Source of the DNA: Octopus sinensis
Taxonomy: Eukaryota
Assembly: GCF_006345805.1 (NCBI RefSeq)
Contig: NC_042999.1
Coordinates: 1,240,001 to 1,304,000 of the forward strand
DNA: 64,000 bases
Direction: 5' to 3'
A model generated the notes under the pieces. The model saw only the letters and a list, made by a program, of their open reading frames with translations. It was not told the DNA's origin and searched no databases. The position numbers and the translations under genes are program-made. Positions 53,690 through 64,000 of this stretch are shown piece by piece; the stretch's first letter is position 1; each line of letters opens with the position of its first letter.

Positions 53690-54097
53690 CTGTATATATA
53701 TAAAGCTGAAGTTGTCTTTGCATGGTAGGTTTGGTAGCCTTCAATTAACACTATCTCCTCCGAGACCCTGCAGAGCAAGTTGACCAAAATTGAGAGTATG
53801 ATAGAAGAAGTCTTGCTCTTCCTTACGTAGAAGAAAAAATTTAAATCGGACCATGTTAACACCAAAAATTATTTACATCAAAAAGGTGCTTTTTTTCTAT
53901 GAAAATCCCTATTTTTCACAATTTTTTGACTGCTGTATCGCCATTTTTTTTTTTTTTTTTGTGTATTTCAACCAGAAAAATGTTCACTTAAAGAGGATAA
54001 CAAGCTACGTAATACAAAATTTTTGCTTTTCAAAAATTCCAATTCTAAAGGGTCGAAAAGAAAACAAACCCGAGCAACGCCGGGTGAATTTGATAGT
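53690..54097 (+). mobile_element. Non-autonomous Helitron-like element
   Basis: 5' ..tatatataaagctgaagttgtc; 3' GC hairpin cccgagcaacgccggg followed by degenerate CTAG (atag|t). Confidence 0.6.
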
Positions 54098-54704
54098 TTT
54101 ATTTTATTTCTCAATATAAACTTCTACCTGAAACGCCAAAAAAACAACCAAAAAACAAACAAAAACAGACATTTCTTCCTCAGGGGATGAAATATATTCA
54201 AATGTTTGAATTATTTAAATTGAAAACCCATGAGTAAAAAACAATATTTTTTTTTCATTTCCTAAAACTACCCAATTTAATCATGAATTGAACAGCTTAG
54301 CCAATATTATGGTGTCTCTCTAATAAATCTGTTGTCACAAGAATTTGCATAGTTGAAAGGTTTATAAAGGACGGAGATGATGACAGAACGATCAATGGTT
54401 CTATAATGCGTTCAGCAACGGCTATTTTCCTGGCGGTGTCTGATTATTCAATTTTTCCCATTATTAATTGATTATGCCAAATGTGTTTTGTCGACTGAAC
54501 TCCACTGATTGTGCAACGATGTTTTAATGGTATTGTAATTTATTTACAAAATTTATGACATCAAAGACAAAAAAAAAACAAAATATACAAATATTAACAA
54601 AGATAAAAACACACAAACAAAAATATCAAACAAAAACTGCTTACTTGAAAGACGGCTTTTATTTACTTTTACTGCCAATGTTTGTTTATTTTGTTATTTA
54701 TATT

Positions 54705-55740
54705 CACTCTGTTGTTGTTGCTGTTGCTGTTAGTGGTGGTGGTGGTGGCTGTGGTGGTTGTAGTGGTGGTGGTCGTGGTGGTGGTGATGGTGGTGATGGT
54801 GGTTGTAGTGGAAGTGGTGGTGGGGTAGTGATGGTGGTTGTGGTTGTGGTGGTGGTATTGGTTGTGATGGTTCTGGTGTGGTTGTAGTGGTGGTGGCTGT
54901 AGTGATGGTAGTGGTGGTTGTAGTGGTGGTTGTTGTGGTGGTGGTTGTGGTTGTGATGGTAGTAGTGGTGGTGGTTGTAGTGGTGGTTGTTGTGGTGGTG
55001 GTTGTGGTTGTGATGGTAGTAGTGGTGGTGGTTGTAGTGGCGGTTGTGGTGGTAGTAGTGGTGTTGTTGGTGGTGGTGATGGTTTTGGTGGTGGTTGTGG
55101 TGGTGGTGGCGGTGGTGGTGATGTGGTGATGGTGGAGATCGTGGTGGTGGTAGTAGTAGTGGTGGTGGTGTTGGTTCTGGTGGCTGTGGTAGTGGTGGTG
55201 GTAGTGGTTGTGGTGGTGGTGGTAGCAGTGGTGGGTGTAATGGTGGTAATGATGGAGGTGTGGTTGTGATCGTGGTTGTAGTGGGTGAGGTAGTAGTGGT
55301 GGTGGAGGTGGTTCTGGTAGTGATGGCAGTTGTGGTGGTGGTGGTAGTAGTTGTGGTTGTGGTGGTGTTAGTGGTGGTTGTGGTGGCTGTGGTGGTGGTT
55401 GTAGTGGTGGTGATGGTGGTGGTCGTGGTAGTAATGGTGGTGATGGTTCTGGTGTGGTTGTGGTGGTGATAGCAGTGGTGGTGACAGTTGTAGTGGTAGT
55501 AGAGGCAGTGATAGTGGTAGTGGTGGCAGTGGTTGTTATTGTTGTTGTTGTGGTGATGATGGTAGTTGTTAGTGGTGGTGGTGGTGATGATGGTGGTAGT
55601 GATGATGATGGTGGTGGTCATTGTCATTGAGGAGGTGATGTTGCTTGTTGCTGCTGCTGCTGCTGCTGCTGCTACTGCCCCTGCTGCAACTGCTCTTCTT
55701 ATTATCCTTATTGTTGTTGTTGCTGTTGTTGTTGTTCTGA
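54705..55740. repeat. (GGT/GTT/GAT)n low-complexity tract
   Basis: Direct reading. Confidence 0.9.
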
Positions 55741-56042
55741 TTTGTTATATTTTTCTTGTAGTGAAATCAATGATGAAATTAGTTTGCAAAATTAAATAAA
55801 ATTAACTGATTCAATATTCTCTAAATTTCTTTACTTTTCCAAAAATTTACATTTTCTTTCGCTGTCTTGCTGAAATATTGATGACTAATTACTCTGATTT
55901 AAAACAGTCAACACATAAACAAATAAGAATGGCTAATTTGGAGTTACAAACCATTTCACAGACATTGTTTACAGCAGAAACAGACTCTCATAGACAACAT
56001 AATATACTTCTATAATGGTACTTTAAAATAAATTGGTACTTT

Positions 56043-56516
56043 AAGGCGGTGATTTGGTAGAATTGTTAGCACGCCGGGCGAAATGCTTAGCGGTATTTCG
56101 TCTGCCGATTACATCGACCCCAGTGCGTAACTGGTACTTAATTTATCGACCCCGAAAGGATGAAAGGCAAAGTCGACCTCGGCGGAATTCGAACTCACAA
56201 CGTAACGCAGACGAAATACCGCTAAGCTTTTCGCCCGGCGTGCTAACGTTTCTGCCAGCTCACCGCCTACCTTGTTTGTCCTTGTTTGTCCCCTCTGTGT
56301 TTAGCCCCTTGTGGGTAATAAAGAAATAGGTATTTCGTCTGCCGCTACGTTCTGATCTCAAATTCCGCCGAGGTCGACTTTGCCTTTCATCCTTTCGGGG
56401 TCGATTAAATAAGTACCAGTTACGCACTGGGGTCGATATAATCGACTTAATCCGTTTGTCTGTCCTTGTTTGTCCCCTCTGTGTTTAGCCCCTTGTGGGT
56501 AGTAAAGAAATAGGTA
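56043..56516. mobile_element. Rearranged SINE family B cluster (+ head, - copy, + copies)
   Basis: 56107-56268 is inverted relative to 56043-56106 and 56330-56440. Confidence 0.75.
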
Positions 56517-56540
56517 CTTTAAAATAGCCACACACTCCGG

Positions 56541-56585
<45 letters not shown>

Positions 56586-56639
56586 TTATGTATACTCTCT
56601 CTTTCTTTCACTGTATATCTATCTATCTATATATGATGT

Positions 56640-56950
56640 GCAGAATATATCGCCAGCATTGCCTAAACAACCTGAACATTAGTTTCAAGGTTCATCCAAA
56701 GCTGGGACCACGGGCTATACGTTCCCTGCATAATTCAGTATCACACCATATAGGTACACTGCGACATAATCTATTTTCCTCAACAGGCCCTGCCGTGTTT
56801 AACATTGTCTTGAAAGAGATCAAAGAGGAAAAGGATCCCATCACCTTTAAACTGAGTCTGGACAGATTTTCTTCAAGGAATACCATATAAGCCCCCCCCC
56901 CCTACCTGGATACAACTCACTCAACAAGAACTCACTACATGAATGGACCA
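56640..56950 (+). pseudogene. CR1/L2-group LINE 3' fragment
   Basis: TLRHNLFSSTGPAVFNIV..FKLSLDRF..PGYNSLNKNSLHEW. Confidence 0.55.
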
Positions 56951-57146
56951 TAAACAAAAATTCACTTAAAATGGATAGAAAGATACAAAGACGGACAGAA
57001 AAACTAGGACGGAACATTCGTGGCTTTCTATTCATCAGTCAAGCTTCCACTCATTGGAACCTGTTACAGCTCTTCAGCTTACCACTTCCAGTCAAGTTGT
57101 CTAACCCATGCCGGCATGGAAAGCGGATGTTAAATGATAATGAAGG

Positions 57147-57178
<32 letters not shown>

Positions 57179-57981
57179 ATATATGTATGCGTGTATGTAT
57201 ATAAATATCTTTAAAAGTCTGTAACAATGAAAGATGATGTGCTTTTACACACCTATGGAGATATTGTCATATTCTATGCATCAAGGTGTAAGCTACAAAA
57301 AAAAACATCTCTGAACTCTTATCCATTCGATATTTCTTTTATATTTTACAACTACTTTGGAAAAACTTCATAAGAAGAATACAGAGTGTTTAATGCAACG
57401 AGACTTGAAACTTCATTGTGTATATACAAGATGTTAAATATTAATAGAAATTACAATGAAAATGAAAGAAAGAGAGGATAAAAAAATATATTCTTCGCGT
57501 CGATACAATGGGGAATAAATAGTGGAGTTTAACAATATTAGAATTGACCCTGTTTTATTGAACAATAAATAATTACGTCTACCTGAAAAAAAGATCTAAA
57601 TGTAAACTATTGTGTGAGATGAGAAGAGCAGGAAATAGAAAAACGACATGTCATGAATAAGAGACAAAAACAGATATAGAAATACCAGATACTACATTAA
57701 GGACGGGAAAAAGTTTGACCTCATTCAGAATGAGGGAATAAAAGTACGTAGTCGTTCATCAATATTTATGATTGTAAAGAGCCTTTGGCTCTTCGTAAGA
57801 GAGATGAGTGTTTGTTATTATATTGTTCAATATTTTCTACTGTAAAGATAACAAGATATTGGTTTAACCTTTACAAAGTCAAAACGTCAAAACCTTGAAA
57901 GTTCCTTATTGACGCATACCACGTATGCATTGTATTTATGTGAACATAGAGATAAATATATAAACATATATATATATAATA

Positions 57982-58109
57982 ATTTGTTATTAACCTAACG
58001 ATCACTTTGAAAGTGACCGTGTTTTACGGTGTAAACTAATGGTTTACACCTGGTAGCCTACTGGTGAAACACGGTCACTTTTAGAGTGATCGTTAGGTTA
58101 ATAACAAAT
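57982..58109. repeat. 128-bp foldback with branched (T/Y-shaped) apex
   Basis: Arms of about 43 bp; apex ggtgtaaac/gtttacacc plus ctggtag/ctactgg. Confidence 0.8.
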
Positions 58110-59208
58110 GAAAGACAGAAGATGGAATATATGATAATATATTATTAATCACAACAATTATTTCAGCACATCTAGCATCGACTCCTCTTGTGGGACACTC
58201 AACCACTGGTTCAGGAGTATCCAGTGGTGCAGACGTATCTCGTCAGGTGGTGAATAAATAAAAACACTTGTTAAAATGATTGTTCCACTATGCACCTTCC
58301 TGTTTTGTAGAGCGAAAAACAGCCAGACGGAGGAAAATTCTTCATGTAAGAGCCAAAAATATAATTGCAGCAGACAAAAAGAGAAACAAACACTTAATCC
58401 AATTTTATTTTTGGCTCTTATATATATATATATATAATATTAATTAGAGACAAAACCACTATTATGCAAATCAAACAAAGAAAGACTTAATCCAATACAT
58501 AAAAAATTATATATATATATATATATAAAATTGATCAAAATAAAATAAAAACATGATGCGAAGGATTCACGGTACATATGTTTTTCGGGCCTTTATTAGA
58601 CAGATTTATACAATGCATAATGTATGTCTGTGGCCTTCTTCAGCCGCGCCACACAGCTGCCGCATTATGTCGTACGTGAAGGAGAGGATTTGCATCCCCA
58701 ACCAAGAATTTTTGATGTAACACATGTCCTTGTGGAAGCTTTGTGCGCGCTGAAGAAGGCCACAGACATACATTATGCATTGTTATAAATCTGTCTAATA
58801 AAGGCCCGAAACATATGTACCGCTGAATCCTTCGCATCATGTTTTTATTTTATTTTGATCAATTTACTCCACCCCTACACCACCAAACGGTATACACAGG
58901 TGCTTATAATTATCAAGTACTCACCCCGAATTTCTATATATATATATATATAATATATATATATATATATGAAGAATTTTCCTCCGTCTGGCTGTTTTTC
59001 TCTCTACAAAACAGAAAGTTGCATAGTGGAACAGTCATTTTAAAGAGTTTTTTTTTTATTTATCACCCGACGAGATACGTCTGCACCACTGGATACTCCT
59101 GAACCAGTTGTTGAGTGTCCCACAAAAGGAATCGATGCTAGATGTGTCGAAACAATTGTTGTCATTAATAATATATTCCCGTATATTTCATCTTCTATCT
59201 TCCATTTG

Positions 59209-59210
<2 letters not shown>
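58105..59210. mobile_element. Inverted-arm element H-J (arms about 58105-58345 and 58970-59210) with HHRs at 58150-58249 (-) and 59064-59163 (+)
   Basis: Consensus CAC CUGACGA GAUACGUCU..AGAUGUGUC GAAAC AAUU GUU GUG; palindromic stem III CAAUUG. Confidence 0.75.
58525..58865. mobile_element. Inverted-arm element H-F nested in H-J, with HHRs at 58570-58647 (-) and 58747-58823 (+)
   Basis: Arms are reverse complements of each other and match 41425-41632. Confidence 0.8.
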
Positions 59211-59246
<36 letters not shown>

Positions 59247-59647
59247 TTAATCAAATATATTCAATGACAATAAAGTGCACAGAATTTCAGATAAGTGCTC
59301 TTGGTATGAGAAATGTCTAACATCTTAAAGGCATTTAGAGATTCAGTTAGAGCGATAATATATTACGAAGTCAAAGCAGGAAAAATTACATCAAAAAAAT
59401 CGCAGATGATATACGCCTGTAGTATAAACAATATTGTATTAATAGATAAATATATAAATGTAGGAGGTTCAAAATTATATATAAGTGTACTGTTACAAAA
59501 ACTGCTAACTTACACAGTAAGGTATATATAGGGAGCCCTAGTAACTTTAAACAAAGATTTCTAGCACATATTCATTTAAACTGAATATAACGAATAACAC
59601 TACTTTGTTGGCTACATATGTACATACACTCAAACAAAAAAAAACGT

Positions 59648-59784
59648 TAGGCGTAGGGGTGGCTGTGTGGTAAGTAGCTTGTTTACCAACCACATGGTTC
59701 CGGGTTCAGTTCCACTGCGTGGAACCTTGGGCATGTGTCTTCTACTATAGCCTCGGGTCAACCAAAACTGAAAGAAGCCCGTCG

Positions 59785-59822
<38 letters not shown>

Positions 59823-60050
59823 ATATTTGTGTGTGTGTGTTTGTGTGTCTGTGTTTGTCCCCTAACATCGCTTGACAACCGATGCTGGTGTGTTTACATC
59901 CCTGTAACTTAGCGGTTCAGCAAAAGAGACCAATAGAATAAGTACTAGGCTTACAAAGAATAAGTCCCGGGATCGATTTGCTCGACTAAAGGCAGTGCTC
60001 CAGCATGGCCACAATAAAAAATGACTGAAACAAGTAAAAGAGTAGAAGAG
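59648..60050 (+). mobile_element. SINE family A
   Basis: Consensus match. Confidence 0.8.
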
Positions 60051-61162
60051 TAACTATAAATTATTGTGGTCAATTATTGACTCAACTACACCATATACAC
60101 AAATCTTCCATCTGCCGTCTTCGTACAAGAGAATCGCTATACATATTATTATATAAACAAAGTAATTTAATTAATTGCCAATCGGAAGCATTATCCACCT
60201 GTAGACATAGGTCTTATAAAACTTTTAAGCTCTATAAGAGATCATCACGGTAAGATTCACATTAATAGCTTGTATTGCATATTGTGATATCATAATAAAA
60301 TAGCATGATTGCTGTAATTAAGAAAATAGAAATTGAATTATTTTTTTAAGTATACAGATGTTCACATAGTATAAATTATCCAATGGATGAATGCCTGAAA
60401 TTTGTCTTCTTGAAACTTGAACCTGTACACCTCTAATGTATAACAAACTGATTTTAAATATAATTCTTTAAATATAACACATTAATTTACTCTATATTGG
60501 GTCAGTACATGAATAATTTTATATTTGAATAAAATATAATAATGATATCTTCCAGTCTTGTATATATAATTATAAAAGCAAAAATTTAACCATTTTTTTT
60601 TTTACTGTTTATACTTACAGATTATTGAAAACAGAGGAAGAGGAAGAAGGACAGTCAATGTGAACCCCAACCTGTACTCACCCCACCCATACCTTCTCAA
60701 CCCCACCTTCCCCCTGCAGACACCAAACCCACCCATTCCCCTCCGACACAAATAAAAAGAAAAAAGAAGCGCAAACACACAAAAAAAATCACAAAACTCC
60801 CTCCCACATACTTGTTATGCTTGTGTCTTGCTTAAAGGTGTGAATACGGAAATTGGTGGACAAGTTGTCGAAATGGAGGGACGTGGAAATTGTAATTATG
60901 AAAATAAAATGAACGGGAAAATATGGTCGCAGGCGTATTGGAGCCGGAATGTCTGATGAGAGAGATTAAAGAGTATGAAGAGGACGTTAGATATAGAAAT
61001 GTGTTTTGTAACATAAAGATTGTGCCACACGAGGAACTTGAAGAACGATATGGAATTAATTGGAACTGGATCTAAAAGGAAGTAAATGATACTGCTGAGA
61101 TGGGGTAGGTAGCACATTTCTATATTTCATTTTCATTTTCCTTCATGTTTATCATAATCTTA

Positions 61163-61582
61163 GGATCTTTTCGGTTTGAACGGCAGTTTTTCTAGCGGTG
61201 TCATATGAAATTGTTACCCATAATTATGACCCTAGTATCGATCTATTGCATTTCAATCTGTTTTAGACTTAGGGTGGTTAGAGGTGGGGGGAAGGGTATC
61301 TTTTTTTTTCTTCACAAATGTAAATAAACCCAATCTGTTTCTTAAACGAGGGACATATTCATACTGCACAGAATGTTTTTTACCTCAATAGACGTAATTG
61401 ATTGGTTGAAATTGCAAAGACTGAAGAAAAAAAACAACAAATATCTTACAAATTATAGAATTTTCTCAATAAAGCCAAGAGAAAAAGATGTTTTATAAAC
61501 ACATTCTACCAGTATACGAAGTTTAAAATTTTTTAGTTACCTAGAAATATGTTAAAAACTGCCGTTCAAACCGAAAAGATCC
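61163..61582. mobile_element. MITE with 28-bp perfect TIRs and 8-bp TSD (Merlin-like)
   Basis: TIR GGATCTTTTCGGTTTGAACGGCAGTTTT; TSD TAATCTTA at 61155-61162 and 61583-61590. Confidence 0.85.
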
Positions 61583-61902
61583 TAATCTTATTATTTTTAA
61601 TTGTGAATTATTTTTAATGTGAATGTTGACCCCCAATCCATACCTACACCTACTCTGTCCCATCCACCCCATACAGACACCAACCCTCTTCATACCCCCA
61701 CCGACATAGACAAACACAAGCGCACAGAAGCCCCCAAAACTGCCCCGCCCTGTGAGAAATAATACGTTGTAATATATGACGGAACAAATAAAGAAATTTA
61801 CGATGTCATAGACACATGGGACAATACAACAAAAGTAAACACGACAGAATATTCCAGATTACCATGGCGATAACCACTGTGTGGGGGAAAACTTGGAAAA
61901 TA

Positions 61903-63020
61903 CAGGGGTTGGACAAAATAATGAAAACACCTTAAAATTTCAAACAAATTTATTTTAATGTGGGGTAGGACCGCTTTTGGCAGTAATTACAGCTTGAATT
62001 CTACGAGGTATGGACTCATACAAAGTTTGAATTGTTTCCAAAGGAATTTTTGTTCATTCTTCAGCTAAAACAGTCTCCAGATCTTGTAGTGATGATGGCA
62101 GAGAATATCGATTTCTTACTTGTTTTACTAAAATGCACCATAAATGTTCAATAATATTGAGATCTGGGGATTGTGGTGGCCAGATAAGATGTTCAATTTC
62201 ACAAGAATGTTCCTCATGCCATTCAGTAACAATTTTGCTGTGTGAATTGGTGCATTATCATAATGAAAGATTGCGTTTCCCTCCGGAAACAGTTCTTCAA
62301 CCATAGGATGAAATTTGATCAGATAAAATGCTTATTTAGTCTTGACTATTAATTCTGCCATGAAGGGAAACTTTTGAACCGGCGGATTTCCAAGACATAG
62401 ACCCCACAGATCATCACAGGTTCTCCATGTTGGAAGAAGGCAGTCTGGGTCAAATGCTTCTTTTGGCTGTCTCCACACGTATACTCAGCCGGTGGTCGGA
62501 AATAAGGTAAAGGATAATTTGTCTGAGAAAATAACATTCTTCCACTGCTCTAGGGACCAATTCTGTAGGTTTTTACTCCTCTCTAAACGCTTTGTTTTTG
62601 AAAGTAGTGGTTTTCTGATTGCAGCCCCACCTCCCATGAAATCTGGCTTTGTGCAGCTCCCCGTAAACAGTTTTTTTGTGGAAACTGGGTTCTCGAAGGG
62701 GTCCGTAAGTTCTGCAGTAATTTTGGGAGCTGTACTTTTGTGATCCTTTCTACAATTCGCATAAGAGTCCGACGGTCCCTATCTGAAAGTTTGGGTTTTC
62801 TTGTGGAGTTTTGTTTCAACGAGTTTTTTTTCTTCTTTCTCAAAGAAGAAAAATTCCGAGACAGTATTTCTTGACACACCAAACATTTCGGCTGTTTTCG
62901 TTACGTTAGCGCCTGCCATACAAACACCAACAATTTGACCTCTTTGAAAGTCCGATAGATCTGTTATTTTAATAAATTTAATTACCTTTTTCTGATGATA
63001 TCTGAAAAGAAAAAGCAATT
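61903..63020 (-). pseudogene. Decayed Tc1 transposon
   Basis: DLSDFQRGQIVG..VTKTAEMFGVSR, KLSDRDRR, DNAP.H, WPPQSPDLNIIEHLW, SIPRRIQAVI; end ta|caggggttggacaaaata. Confidence 0.85.
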
Positions 63021-63077
63021 TCTCTCTCCTGTTTTCTTGCCCTTTCCCTCTTTCTCTTGCCCTATCCCTCAGACTGT

Positions 63078-63478
63078 GGAGGCGCGTGGCTTAGTGGTTA
63101 GGGTGTCAGAATCACGATCGTAAGATTGTGGTTTCGATTCCTGGACCAGGCGATGCATTGTGTTCTTGAGCAAAACACTCCATTTCACATTGCTCCAGTC
63201 CACCCAGCTGGCAAAAATGAGTAACGCTGCGATGGACTGGCGTCCCGTCCAGCTGGGGAACACATACGCCATAGAAACCGGGAAACCGGGCCCATAAGCC
63301 TGGCAGGTGGAGGCGTGTGGCTTAGTGGTTAGGATGGCAGCTCATGATCGTATGATTGTGGTTTCGATTCCTGGACCGGGCGACACGTTGTGTTCTTGAG
63401 CAAAACACTTCATTTCACATTGCTCCAGTTCACTCAGCTGGCAAAAATGAGTAACGCTGCGATGGACTGGCGTCCCGT
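63078..63478 (+). mobile_element. Two tandem tRNA-SINE family D copies
   Basis: Heads at 63078 and 63309 with A/B boxes. Confidence 0.8.
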
Positions 63479-63654
63479 GGTGCCACATAAAAAGCATCCA
63501 GTCCACACTGCAGAGTGGTTGGTGTTAGGAAGCGCATCCAGCTGTAAAAACCCTGCCAAAACAGACAGTGATATATGGTGCCATCTTCTGCCTAACCAGG
63601 TCCTGTCAAACCGTTCAACTCATACCAGCATGAAAAGTGGATATTAAATGATGA

Positions 63655-63706
<52 letters not shown>

Positions 63707-63714
63707 GTTACACA

Positions 63715-63990
63715 TTTGAGTGTGGTCGTTGCCAGTGCTGCCAGACCGGCTCCTATGCAGGTAGCACATAAAAAACACCTTTTGAGCATGATCATTGCCA
63801 GAACTGCCTGACTGGCCCTCGTGCGAGTGGCACATAAAAGCGGCCATTACACTCTTCGAGTGGTTGGCATTAGGAAGGGCATCCAGCTGTAGAAACTTTG
63901 CCAGATCAGATTGGAGCCAGTTCCCAGTCAAACCGTCCAACCCATGCCAGCATCGAAAGCAGACATTAAACGACGACGACGATGGTGATC
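63715..63990 (+). mobile_element. RTE 3' UTR (family C)
   Basis: Consensus match. Confidence 0.7.
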
Positions 63991-64000
63991 TATATATATA

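Noticed and set aside
54704-55627. 307-aa Thr/Pro/His-rich mucin-like ORF
   Set aside because: Follows (GGT/GTT)n low complexity, with no signal peptide or splice support.
32285-60960. Other isolated CUGANGA words (e.g. 42179-, 57031-, 38075+, 60954+)
   Set aside because: No paired stem II followed by GAAA/NUH; expected by chance.
61268-61290. Telomere-like ttaggg words
   Set aside because: Not tandemly repeated; internal to the MITE.
63078-63150. tRNA gene candidates (also 8820, 18440, 39455, 40183)
   Set aside because: A/B boxes are present but there is no closed acceptor stem, and they continue into SINE bodies.

Overview
Repeat-saturated, AT-rich eukaryotic DNA with no protein-coding gene that I can support. 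The SINE families and the (AAT)n/(TA)n/(GATA)n load resemble an Octopus (coleoid cephalopod) genome, which is an inference from recalled repeat consensi. Almost all ORF-track entries are microsatellite or repeat artefacts. The only real coding remnants are decayed transposon pieces: RTE, R4/Dong-like and HERO-like RLE, CR1/L2-like, Tc1 and mariner. The main unexplained signal is RNA-structural. I read about 20 hammerhead-ribozyme (HHR) motifs (CUGANGA-stem II-GAAA-stem III-NUH, with a pairing stem I) from about 10 unrelated short-element families, roughly one per 3 kb. They occur in four settings: (i) a three-copy tandem array of 331-355 nt units, each with a type I HHR, which is non-LTR retrozyme / circular-RNA architecture (11313-12300); (ii) a tRNA-headed SINE carrying a minimal HHR; (iii) four back-to-back inverted insertions with an HHR on each strand, mostly in (TA)n, as in Penelope-like elements; (iv) an HHR-like motif in the 3' UTR of a HERO-like LINE. 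All folds were derived by eye and catalytic activity is untested.
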